Below, piece after piece: positions 52,920 through 61,070 of a DNA stretch of 64,000 nucleotides (position 1 is its first letter; the number at the start of each line of letters is the position of its first letter). The stretch is from Bacteroidaceae bacterium (GTDB taxonomy: Bacteria; Bacteroidota; Bacteroidia; Bacteroidales; Bacteroidaceae), in NCBI GenBank assembly GCA_017453445.1, contig JAFTEX010000104.1:1174-65173 (forward strand). Reading direction: 5' to 3'. The notes beneath the pieces are model-generated. The model was not told where the DNA came from and did not search any database. It worked only from the letters and a program-made list of their open reading frames with translations. Position numbers and translations under genes: made by a program.

Positions 52920-53855
52920 ATGGAACACATTCGTTGCCTCATCATCGGCGCAGGCCCCGCCGGCTACACAGCCGCCATTTATGCAGGGCGCGCCAACCTC
53001 GCCCCCGTGCTCTACGAGGGCATACAACCCGGTGGTCAGTTGACTCAGACCACCGAAGTAGAGAACTTCCCCGGCTATCCCGACGGTGTGCAGGGCTTCG
53101 ACATGATGGAGGACATCCGTCGTCAGGCCGAACGCTTTGGTTGCGAGATGCGCTCCGCCATTGCCGTGAAGACCGACCTCAGCCAGCGTCCCTACCACGT
53201 CTGGTTTGACGATGAAACGGAGGTGACCGCCGACGTTCTCATCATTGCCACTGGAGCCACGGCCAAGTATCTCGGCCTGCAAGACGAGAAGGACTTCAAC
53301 GGACGTGGTGTATCGGCCTGTGCCACGTGCGACGGATTCTTCTATCGGAAGAAGACGGTGGCCGTCGTGGGTGGTGGCGACACGGCCTGCGAGGAGGCTT
53401 CCTATCTGGCCCAATTAGCTTCGAAGGTCTATCTTATTGTGCGCAAACCTTTCCTGCGTGCCACACAGATCATGCAAGATCGCGTCATGAACAACCCCAA
53501 GATAGAAGTCCTCTTCGAGCACAATACAGAGGGCCTTTTCGGCGGTGAGCACTTGGAGGGTGCCCATCTCGTGTATCGGCGAGGCGAACCTGACGAACGA
53601 CACTATGACATAGCCATCGACGGTTTTTTCCTGGCCATCGGTCACAAACCCAACTCTGACATATTCCGTCCTTGGGTGAAAACGGATGCAATGGGCTACA
53701 TCATGGTGGAGGGGGACAGTCCTCGTACGGGTGTGCCCGGTGTGTTTGCCGCTGGCGACGTGGCCGACCCTCACTACCGTCAGGCCGTCATTGCAGCCGG
53801 CAGTGGTGCCAAGGCTGCCATCGAGGCCGAGCGCTATCTGGCAACCCTCGGGTAA
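52920..53855 (+). CDS. trxB: Thioredoxin-disulfide reductase
   Basis: FAD site IIGAGPAGYTAAIYAGRA, redox centre CATCDG, NADPH site VVGGGDTACEEA, and C-terminal GVFAAGDV. Confidence 0.95.
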   Translation: MEHIRCLIIGAGPAGYTAAIYAGRANLAPVLYEGIQPGGQLTQTTEVENFPGYPDGVQGFDMMEDIRRQAERFGCEMRSAIAVKTDLSQRPYHVWFDDETEVTADVLIIATGATAKYLGLQDEKDFNGRGVSACATCDGFFYRKKTVAVVGGGDTACEEASYLAQLASKVYLIVRKPFLRATQIMQDRVMNNPKIEVLFEHNTEGLFGGEHLEGAHLVYRRGEPDERHYDIAIDGFFLAIGHKPNSDIFRPWVKTDAMGYIMVEGDSPRTGVPGVFAAGDVADPHYRQAVIAAGSGAKAAIEAERYLATLG

Positions 53856-53859
53856 AGGT

Positions 53860-53886
53860 CCTTAAAAACCTTAAGAACCTTAAAAA
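53860..53886. repeat. Nonamer array ccttaaRaa x3 (followed by degenerate ctctaa units up to 53904)
   Basis: The units are ccttaaaaa, ccttaagaa, ccttaaaaa. The array starts 4 nt after the trxB stop, and the tail ends 4 nt before the next ATG. Confidence 0.85.
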
Positions 53887-53908
53887 CTCTAATAGACTCT
53901 AAAAAACT

Positions 53909-55405
53909 ATGACCAAATATCAACTCTACAAACTCCTTCAGCGCACTGAAGCGCTGAAGGACGAACGGCATCCGATGTTCGAGAAAAACCGCTTCATGAA
54001 GTTCCTGATGTGGTTTTTGGTGGCCTACTATGCCGCGCTGATGATTATCATGGGCGTCTCGTTAGGTTTCGGGCTAAAGGGAGACTACTCTGCAGCTTAC
54101 CATCGACTAGACGGCGGATTCTTCTATCTGCTCATCATCGACTTCTGGATGCGCTTCATGATGCAAGAGACACCTGCCCAGAAAGCCCAGACGTATGCGC
54201 TGCTGCCCATACGTCGTTCGTTCCTCATGAAGACATATCTCATACGCAACATGCTCTCGTGGGGCAATACATTTTGGGCGTTTTTTCTCGTTCCCTTCGG
54301 GTTGGTCAGCATCGTCCCCCTCATGGGATGGGGAGCATTCCTTGGGTGGCTGATTGGCTACTGGCTACTGTTCGTACTAAACGGCCTCGGCTACCTCTTC
54401 ACCCGTGCCCTGTGCATGAAGCACATGCTCTGGTTCCTTGCCCCTCTGGTGCTCCACGCGGCACTCGTCTGTGTCTGTGTCCTGCCTGACCACAACGTGT
54501 TGCGTGTACCCTTCATCCTGTTCATGCAGGGCTTCGCACAATGGAGCATCCTCCCCTACCTCATCGTCTTTGCAGCCATCGCCCTTGCGCTATGGGCAAA
54601 CTATCGGTTACAGATGGGCATGGTATACAACGAAGTGGGCAAGAAGGAAGAGGTGGAACTGAAGCGAGCCTCGCAGTTCACCTATCTCAATCGCTTCGGC
54701 ACGATGGGCGAATACCTTAAACTGGAGTTGAAACTTCGTATGCGCAACAAGCAGGCCCGCATGCAGTTCTTCGTCGGTCTGGGGCTGATAGTATTCTTCA
54801 GTGTCATGCTCTACTTCACGGATGTCTACGACAGTGGGTTCATGAAGTCGTTTATCTGCCTATATGACTATGTCATCATGGGAGCCACGACGCTCATTGG
54901 CATCATGTGCTACGAGGGAAACTACATCGACGGACTGATGTCGCGCCGCGAAACCATCTACGATCTCCTGCGAGCCAAGTTCTTCTTTAATCTGGGCATC
55001 CTCGCAATTCCCTTCCTGCTCATATTTCCTCTGATGGTGACTGGCAAGATTTCCGTATGGATGAACCTCGGCTACCTGTTCTTTACCGCGGGGGTACTCT
55101 ATCCTTGCATCTTCCAAATGGCGGTATACAATAAGAATACACTGCCGCTGAACGTCAAGCTCACCGGCGGCAACCAAGGTACCATGATGCAACAGGTTAT
55201 TTCGCTCGTCGTGCTTTTCCTGCCGATTGCCCTTGAGAAGATATCCGTCTTGCTGCTCGGCCCAGTATGGGGTTACATGCCCCTCATCGGCCTGGGCATT
55301 GCCGGCATCGCGACACATCGCTTCTGGCTCCGTAACATCTACCACCGCTTCATGCTTCGCCGCCATGCGAACATGGAGGGGTTCCGAGCTTCGCGGCACG
55401 GGTAA
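53909..55405 (+). CDS. DUF5687 family polytopic membrane protein
   Basis: 498 aa with about 12 TM segments. The N-terminus is MTKYQLYKLLQRTEALKDERHPMFEKNRFMKFLMW. Pairing with a downstream ABC ATPase is typical for this family. Confidence 0.6.
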   Translation: MTKYQLYKLLQRTEALKDERHPMFEKNRFMKFLMWFLVAYYAALMIIMGVSLGFGLKGDYSAAYHRLDGGFFYLLIIDFWMRFMMQETPAQKAQTYALLPIRRSFLMKTYLIRNMLSWGNTFWAFFLVPFGLVSIVPLMGWGAFLGWLIGYWLLFVLNGLGYLFTRALCMKHMLWFLAPLVLHAALVCVCVLPDHNVLRVPFILFMQGFAQWSILPYLIVFAAIALALWANYRLQMGMVYNEVGKKEEVELKRASQFTYLNRFGTMGEYLKLELKLRMRNKQARMQFFVGLGLIVFFSVMLYFTDVYDSGFMKSFICLYDYVIMGATTLIGIMCYEGNYIDGLMSRRETIYDLLRAKFFFNLGILAIPFLLIFPLMVTGKISVWMNLGYLFFTAGVLYPCIFQMAVYNKNTLPLNVKLTGGNQGTMMQQVISLVVLFLPIALEKISVLLLGPVWGYMPLIGLGIAGIATHRFWLRNIYHRFMLRRHANMEGFRASRHG

Positions 55406-55413
55406 CAATTCGC

Positions 55414-55427
55414 AATGGAGAATGGAG
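55414..55427. repeat. Heptamer aatggag x2 framed by gcaat/attgc
   Basis: The sequence is gcAATGGAGAATGGAGaattgc. It starts 8 nt after the DUF5687 stop. Confidence 0.7.
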
Positions 55428-55466
55428 AATTGCATTTATGATAAAATGATGTGAAAAATATTGAAT

Positions 55467-56192
55467 ATGAACATTATAATTAACAACCTTAAGAAGACGT
55501 TCGGCGAAAAAGTCGCCGTGGACATCGAGCATTATCAAATAAACACAGGTGAAATACTGGGTCTTGTCGGCAACAACGGTGCAGGCAAGTCCACCCTGTT
55601 CCGTCTCATCCTCGACCTCATCAAGGCCGACACCGGAAGCGTTCGTATGACGGGCATGGCCGGCGGTGAAAAGCGCGACATCAACGTGGCAGAGACCGAG
55701 GACTGGAAGGATTGGACGGGGGCCTTCGTCGACGAATCGTTCCTCATCGACTACCTGACACCCGACGAATACTTCCACTTCATTGCCCGCATCAGCGGCC
55801 TGTCTGACGCAGAGTTGGAGGACGACCTGCAGAAGTACGAACACTTCATGGCAGGCGAACTCATGGGACAAAAGAAGCTCATCCGCAATCTTTCTGCCGG
55901 CAATAAGCAGAAGGTGGGCATCGTGGCCGCCATGCTGCTCCGGCCTCAGGTGCTGATTCTCGACGAGCCCTTCAATTTCCTCGATCCCTCCAGCCAAAGC
56001 CACATCAAGCACCTTCTGCAAGAGTATAACCAGACGACGGGGGCCACGATCCTCATTTCCAGCCACAACCTGCAACACACCGTAGACATCTGTCCGCGCA
56101 TCGCCCTGCTTGAGGACGGGCACATCATCCGCGACATCGCCAACACGGGCGGTGAGGCCCAGCAGGAACTGGAGAACTACTTTGAGGTCTAA
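55467..56192 (+). CDS. ABC transporter ATP-binding protein
   Basis: Walker A GNNGAGKST, signature LSAGNKQK, Walker B LILDEP. The start is the ATG at 55467, or possibly the TTG at 55461. Confidence 0.9.
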   Translation: MNIIINNLKKTFGEKVAVDIEHYQINTGEILGLVGNNGAGKSTLFRLILDLIKADTGSVRMTGMAGGEKRDINVAETEDWKDWTGAFVDESFLIDYLTPDEYFHFIARISGLSDAELEDDLQKYEHFMAGELMGQKKLIRNLSAGNKQKVGIVAAMLLRPQVLILDEPFNFLDPSSQSHIKHLLQEYNQTTGATILISSHNLQHTVDICPRIALLEDGHIIRDIANTGGEAQQELENYFEV

Positions 56193-56212
56193 ATCGTAAC
56201 CTGAGAGGGAGC

Positions 56213-57049
56213 ATGAACTATCTGATTGCAGACAGTGGGGGCACAAAGACTTCGTGGATGTTTGTCGACGGGGAGGGCCGACGTAGTCTGACAGAGACTC
56301 TGGGCATTAATCCCGTGAGAGACCACGAAACGGATATCGCCGAGCGACTGGAATCGCTGAATTTGTCCCCGGCTGCGACGAATTGTGAGCTGAAGATTTT
56401 CTTCTATGGCGCAGGTTGCCTGCCCCCTTATTCGCAGCAAATGGCTTCGTTGCTTACCCGACGTTTCCCCACTGCCCAAATAACCGTTGCGAGCGACCTG
56501 TTGGGAGCCGCCCAGGCCCTATGCGGAAGCCAGGAGGGCATCGCATGCATTCTGGGCACAGGTTCCAACTCCTGCCTCTACGACGGGCGAAGCATTGTAA
56601 AGAACGTATCGCCTCTGGGCTACATTCTGGGCGACGAAGGCAGCGGCGCCGTACTGGGGCGAAACCTTATCGGCGACTTGCTGAAGGGGCAGATGAGCCA
56701 CACATTGTGCCAATCATTTGCCGACGAGACGGGACTGACCCCGTCCGACATCATTGAGAATGTATATCGCCGGCCCCAGCCCAACCGTTTCCTGGCCTCG
56801 TTGGTTCCGTTCCTTGACCGTCATCACATGGAGAGTGAGGTCCATGACTTCCTGCTCCGCAACTTCCGCCAGTTTTTCCGGCGCAATGTCGCACTATATC
56901 GCCGTCCCGACCTGCCCGTTTCGTTCGTCGGCGGCATAGCCTATTCCTTCCGTCCCGAACTGGCAGAGGCCGCCCGTTCCGAAGGTTTCCAAATAGGAAA
57001 AACACTGTTGCGCCCCATCGAGGCCATGACAGATTTCCTGACCCGATAG
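56213..57049 (+). CDS. BadF/BadG/BcrA/BcrD-type ATPase (N-acetylglucosamine kinase-like)
   Basis: Blocks IADSGGTKTSW, FYGAGC, ILGTGSNSC and GYILGDEGSGAVLG. Confidence 0.75.
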   Translation: MNYLIADSGGTKTSWMFVDGEGRRSLTETLGINPVRDHETDIAERLESLNLSPAATNCELKIFFYGAGCLPPYSQQMASLLTRRFPTAQITVASDLLGAAQALCGSQEGIACILGTGSNSCLYDGRSIVKNVSPLGYILGDEGSGAVLGRNLIGDLLKGQMSHTLCQSFADETGLTPSDIIENVYRRPQPNRFLASLVPFLDRHHMESEVHDFLLRNFRQFFRRNVALYRRPDLPVSFVGGIAYSFRPELAEAARSEGFQIGKTLLRPIEAMTDFLTR

Positions 57050-57095
57050 CCGTCTCCACTGCCCGACGCACGGGAATAGTGAGAAGATATTTAGG

Positions 57096-57127
57096 CGGGC
57101 GGCACACATTTTGCCGCCCGATGTTTT
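57096..57127 (+). terminator. Rho-independent terminator
   Basis: cgggcggca (57096-57104) pairs with tgccgcccg (57112-57120) around a 7-nt loop, followed by atgtttt. Confidence 0.7.
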
Positions 57128-57147
57128 CCCGTCTCACGACTTTTTTG

Positions 57148-57155
57148 TACCTTTG
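57148..57155 (+). promoter_or_regulatory. Candidate -7 box (tacctttg) for the DUF4199-GT2 cluster
   Basis: TAnnTTTG 87 nt upstream of the ATG at 57242. Confidence 0.45.
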
Positions 57156-57241
57156 CACGCGTTTACTATATACATACTTAATAAAGTACGCGCACGCACG
57201 TAGGCGAAGCAATACAGAGACAACACAGAAAGGGAGCAGAC

Positions 57242-57802
57242 ATGAACGGAGAGAAGACATTCGACAGACAGCAGGCAAGAGCCTACTGCATGCAATATGG
57301 CGCAGTGATTGGCGCGGTGTGCTCGCTCAGTTTCCTATGCGCCATGTATGCGGGCCGGTATGCGCTCCTGGGACTCATTGGCAACGTTCTCGGCATCTAT
57401 GCGGTGTGGACGGCAGGGCGCCTGATTCGCCGATTCCGCCTCACGGTGCAGCCCCTAGGCTTCGGCCAGTCATGCTACATGGCCCTCCTAACCTATCTGT
57501 TTGCCATTCTGGTTGTGGGCATCGTACAGTACACCTACTTTCGTTACCTCGACAGCGGGCGCATGGTTGCTCAGGTGGAGCAACTCATTGCCCTGCCCGA
57601 ATATCACCAACTGCTGGTCCAGATGTCCGGAACCGAGGACGTAGACAGCCTGATTACAAGCACGCTGGACATCATGAGGCAACCTACCCAGATGACCATC
57701 CAACTCGTATGGACCAACCTATTGCTGTCCCTGCTGCTGACCATCCCGACGGCACTCATTGCCATCACGGGCGCACCGAAAGAAAGGAAGGAATCACATT
57801 AA
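57242..57802 (+). CDS. DUF4199-like membrane protein
   Basis: 186 aa with 4-5 TM segments. The position directly upstream of a GT2 gene is the usual DUF4199 context in Bacteroidetes. Confidence 0.55.
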   Translation: MNGEKTFDRQQARAYCMQYGAVIGAVCSLSFLCAMYAGRYALLGLIGNVLGIYAVWTAGRLIRRFRLTVQPLGFGQSCYMALLTYLFAILVVGIVQYTYFRYLDSGRMVAQVEQLIALPEYHQLLVQMSGTEDVDSLITSTLDIMRQPTQMTIQLVWTNLLLSLLLTIPTALIAITGAPKERKESH

Positions 57803-57829
57803 ACCCGACTACGCTGAAACGTTAAAGAC

Positions 57830-58789
57830 ATGGACTTATCAATAATCGTACCCCTATACAACGAGGAAGAATCACTCGGAGAACTCTTCGGGTGGATTGA
57901 ACACGTGATGAAGGAGCATGGATTTTCCTACGAAGTGATTTTCGTGAACGACGGAAGCACCGACCGCTCGTGGGAGATTATCGAACAACTCAGCACCCGG
58001 CATCCCGAGGTGAAAGGCATCAAGTTTCGCCGCAACTACGGAAAGAGTCCTGCCCTCTTCTGCGGATTCGAACGAGCTCAGGGCGACGTGGTGGTGACCA
58101 TGGACGCCGACCTTCAGGACTCGCCCGACGAGATACCCGAGCTCCGCCGCATGATTGTAGAGGATGGCTACGACCTTGTGAGCGGCTACAAGATGAACCG
58201 CCGTCAGGGCGACCCTCTCTCGAAGACCATTCCCACCAAACTCTTCAACGCCACGGCACGGTTTGTGAGCGGCATCCACAACCTGCACGACTTCAACTGT
58301 GGCCTGAAGGCCTATCGCCGCGACGTGGTGAAGAACATCGAAGTCTATGGTGAGATGCACCGTTACATACCCTACCTGGCCAAGAGTGCCGGCTTCACCC
58401 GCATCGGCGAAAAGCCAGTCCACCACCAGGCCCGCAAGTTCGGGAAGTCGAAGTTCATGGGTTGGAACCGCTTCGTCAACGGCTATCTCGACCTTCTCTC
58501 GCTCTGGTTCCTTGACAGTTTCGGGCTGAAGCCGATGCACGTATTCGGATTCATCGGCACGCTCATGTTCATGTTTGGCTTCATTGCAGCCCTCGTCGTT
58601 GGGGGCAACAAGATATATTGTCTGGCACAGGGCATACCGGCACGTCTTGTCACCGACAACCCCTATTTCTACATCGCACTGACCATGATGATACTGGGCA
58701 CACAACTCTTCGTGGCAGGCTTTCTCGGCGAGCTCATCAGCCGCAATTCCACGGAGCGGAACAAATATCAGATAGAACGGGAGATATAA
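57830..58789 (+). CDS. Glycosyltransferase family 2 (polyprenyl-phosphate glycosyltransferase type, two C-terminal TM helices)
   Basis: Blocks LSIIVPLYNEEESL, VIFVNDGSTDRS and VVTMDADLQDSPDEIP. The C-terminal TM pair is VFGFIGTLMFMFGFIAALVV and FYIALTMMILGTQLFVAGFLG. Confidence 0.85.
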   Translation: MDLSIIVPLYNEEESLGELFGWIEHVMKEHGFSYEVIFVNDGSTDRSWEIIEQLSTRHPEVKGIKFRRNYGKSPALFCGFERAQGDVVVTMDADLQDSPDEIPELRRMIVEDGYDLVSGYKMNRRQGDPLSKTIPTKLFNATARFVSGIHNLHDFNCGLKAYRRDVVKNIEVYGEMHRYIPYLAKSAGFTRIGEKPVHHQARKFGKSKFMGWNRFVNGYLDLLSLWFLDSFGLKPMHVFGFIGTLMFMFGFIAALVVGGNKIYCLAQGIPARLVTDNPYFYIALTMMILGTQLFVAGFLGELISRNSTERNKYQIEREI

Positions 58790-58830
58790 CATCAGGCGAA
58801 AGCTACGCATCGGCAGGCTGAAAGACAGAT

Positions 58831-59361
58831 ATGAAAAGCAGACAAAACACCGGAAACATGCAACGGGGAAGGCAGCGGAAGCTGTTTGCCTTCCTGCTGG
58901 CAGCGTCCCTTCTCACGGGATTCATCTCCTGCGAAAGCATCGACTGCACGGTGGACAACGTAGTCACGCTCAACGTCGGCTTCTATTCGTCCGACGACGG
59001 TTCGGCCTTTCTCCTGACCGACACGCTGACCGTCACCGCCGCCGGCACCGACTCGGTGCTCTACAACCGAGGCATTGGCATCGCGACCGTCTCACTGCCC
59101 ATGAGCTACTGGCAGGAAGCAGACACCCTGCTGCTGCACTTTGCCAACCCCGACGAGACACACGACGTGACGCTTATCGTCGGGAAGCAGAACACCCCAC
59201 ACTTCGAATCGCCCGATTGCCCGACCACCATGTTCCACGAAATCACGGGCACGACGCTCGTGGACCCGACGGGCTATATAGACTCCGTGGGCGTGACAAA
59301 AAACTCTGTACGCTATGGTTCACAGGAGAACATCAAGATATATCTGCACCCTGCTGATTAG
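58831..59361 (+). CDS. Hypothetical lipoprotein (possibly DUF6452-like)
   Basis: Lipobox LLTGFISC, 176 aa. The family call is from memory of the usual neighbourhood only. Confidence 0.45.
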   Translation: MKSRQNTGNMQRGRQRKLFAFLLAASLLTGFISCESIDCTVDNVVTLNVGFYSSDDGSAFLLTDTLTVTAAGTDSVLYNRGIGIATVSLPMSYWQEADTLLLHFANPDETHDVTLIVGKQNTPHFESPDCPTTMFHEITGTTLVDPTGYIDSVGVTKNSVRYGSQENIKIYLHPAD

Positions 59362-60040
59362 CCTGCTCAGCCTCACCGCCGAGGGACGCGAGAAGGAAGA
59401 ACAGATTCCCAAGGCTCCGTTGTTCTGCGGTGTGGCCGTGCATGCCGACCTTGCCGGTCCCTTCATGAAAGCCGTCGGGAGCAAGTTCTCCCAGATGGAG
59501 GTGGGTGCACGCCTGAACTTCCGTGACCATTTCTTCCCCATCTGCGAACTGGGCATCGGCGAGAGTAACCGCGAGGGACGGGAAAACAACAACCGCTTCC
59601 ACACCCGTGCCCCCTACTTCCGTGTGGGCATGGACTACAACTTCAACCGGAAGCACAACGGCAACCGCCTCATGGCCGGCCTGCGCTACGGGTTCTCGGC
59701 TTTCAACTACGACTTCTCGGATCCCGACTTCGCGGATGCCGTCTGGCAACAGACAGCCTCCCCCCTCTCGCTCAACCGCCTGCACGGACGCGCCCAGTGG
59801 CTGGAAGTGGCAGTGGGCTGCGAGACGAAGCTTTGGTCGTTCATCCGCCTTGGATGGAACCTTCGCTTCAAGGCCCGACTCCATCAGCACGTCAGCGACT
59901 ACGGTTCGCCCTACTATCTCCCCGGATTCGGAAAAAACGGCAGCAGCACCTTCGGCGGCACCGTCAACCTGATATTCGACATCGGACGCACCACAAAGAA
60001 ACAAAAGCAACCTAAAACCATCATACATGAGACAGAATAA
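59315..60040 (+). CDS. Hypothetical outer-membrane beta-barrel-like protein (possibly DUF6048-like)
   Basis: It has a signal-like N-terminus. Alternating aromatic beta-strand patterns are present (FRVGMDYNF, AGLRYGFSAFNYDF, WLEVAVGCETKLW, GGTVNLIFDIG). It overlaps the upstream gene by 47 nt. Confidence 0.45.
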   Translation: MVHRRTSRYICTLLISLLSLTAEGREKEEQIPKAPLFCGVAVHADLAGPFMKAVGSKFSQMEVGARLNFRDHFFPICELGIGESNREGRENNNRFHTRAPYFRVGMDYNFNRKHNGNRLMAGLRYGFSAFNYDFSDPDFADAVWQQTASPLSLNRLHGRAQWLEVAVGCETKLWSFIRLGWNLRFKARLHQHVSDYGSPYYLPGFGKNGSSTFGGTVNLIFDIGRTTKKQKQPKTIIHETE

Positions 60041-61070
60041 ATGGGGCTGGCGCCTACCCTTCCTTTTGTTCCTGTGCGTAGCCACGGTGTTCGTCATCCG
60101 TCGCCACGCGCCCGAGGGTTCATTGGCCCGGCCCGTGGACTATCAACGGAGCGAAGGTACCATTTTCGGCACCGTATGGCACGCCACCTATCAGAGCGAC
60201 TCTTCGCTCCAGCACTCCATTCTTCAGGAGCTTCGCCGCGTAGATGCGTCGCTCTCAATGTTCAATCCGAAGTCTACCCTCAGCCGCATCAACCGCGGAG
60301 AAACCGCAGAGATGGACTCCCTGCTGCGCATCGTACTCACCCAGGCCATGCAGGTCAGCCGCGAGACTGAGGGATGTTTCGACGTGACCGTGGCCCCCTT
60401 GGTCAACGCCTGGGGATTCGGCTTCAAGCATGATGTCCTGCCCGACTCGGCACAGGTGGATTCCCTGCGCCAGTTCGTAGGGTGGCAGGGACTGACCATA
60501 GAGAAAGACCGACTCACGAAGGCCGACGAGCGTATGGTCATCGACCTGAGTGCCATTGCCAAGGGCTTCGGTGTGGACCAGGTGGCATCGCTTTTCAACC
60601 GCCACGGCATCCGCAACTACATGATTGAAATCGGCGGCGAAATCGTCGTCAAAGGCAAGAACCCGAAGGGAGAGGCGTGGAACATCGGGGTGAACAAGCC
60701 CGTCGAGGACTCCACGAGCCTCAATCAAGAGATACTGACCACCCTGCACCTCACCGACTGCGCCATGGCCACCAGCGGCAACTATCGTAACTACTACATC
60801 AGCCCCGACGGGCGCAAACTGGCCCACACCATCGACCCCCACACGGGCTACCCCGTCCGTCACTCCTTGCTGTCGAGTACCGTTGTGGCCCCCGTCTGCT
60901 CGATGGCCGACGCCTTTGCCACCTCGTTCATGGTCATGGGCCTCGAACGTGCCCGGGAGCTATTGGGCCGTCACCCGGAACTCAAGGCATACCTCATCTA
61001 CAGCGACGACAAGGGGGAACTGAAAGTGTGGGAAAACCTTGAAAACGACAATGAGAAGAATGGAAAATAA
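60027..61070 (+). CDS. apbE: FAD:protein FMN transferase ApbE
   Basis: Blocks FDVTVAPLVNAWGFG, DLSAIAKGFGVDQVA, AMATSGNYRNYY, HTIDPHTGYP and MADAFATSFMVMG. Confidence 0.9.
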   Translation: MRQNKWGWRLPFLLFLCVATVFVIRRHAPEGSLARPVDYQRSEGTIFGTVWHATYQSDSSLQHSILQELRRVDASLSMFNPKSTLSRINRGETAEMDSLLRIVLTQAMQVSRETEGCFDVTVAPLVNAWGFGFKHDVLPDSAQVDSLRQFVGWQGLTIEKDRLTKADERMVIDLSAIAKGFGVDQVASLFNRHGIRNYMIEIGGEIVVKGKNPKGEAWNIGVNKPVEDSTSLNQEILTTLHLTDCAMATSGNYRNYYISPDGRKLAHTIDPHTGYPVRHSLLSSTVVAPVCSMADAFATSFMVMGLERARELLGRHPELKAYLIYSDDKGELKVWENLENDNEKNGK

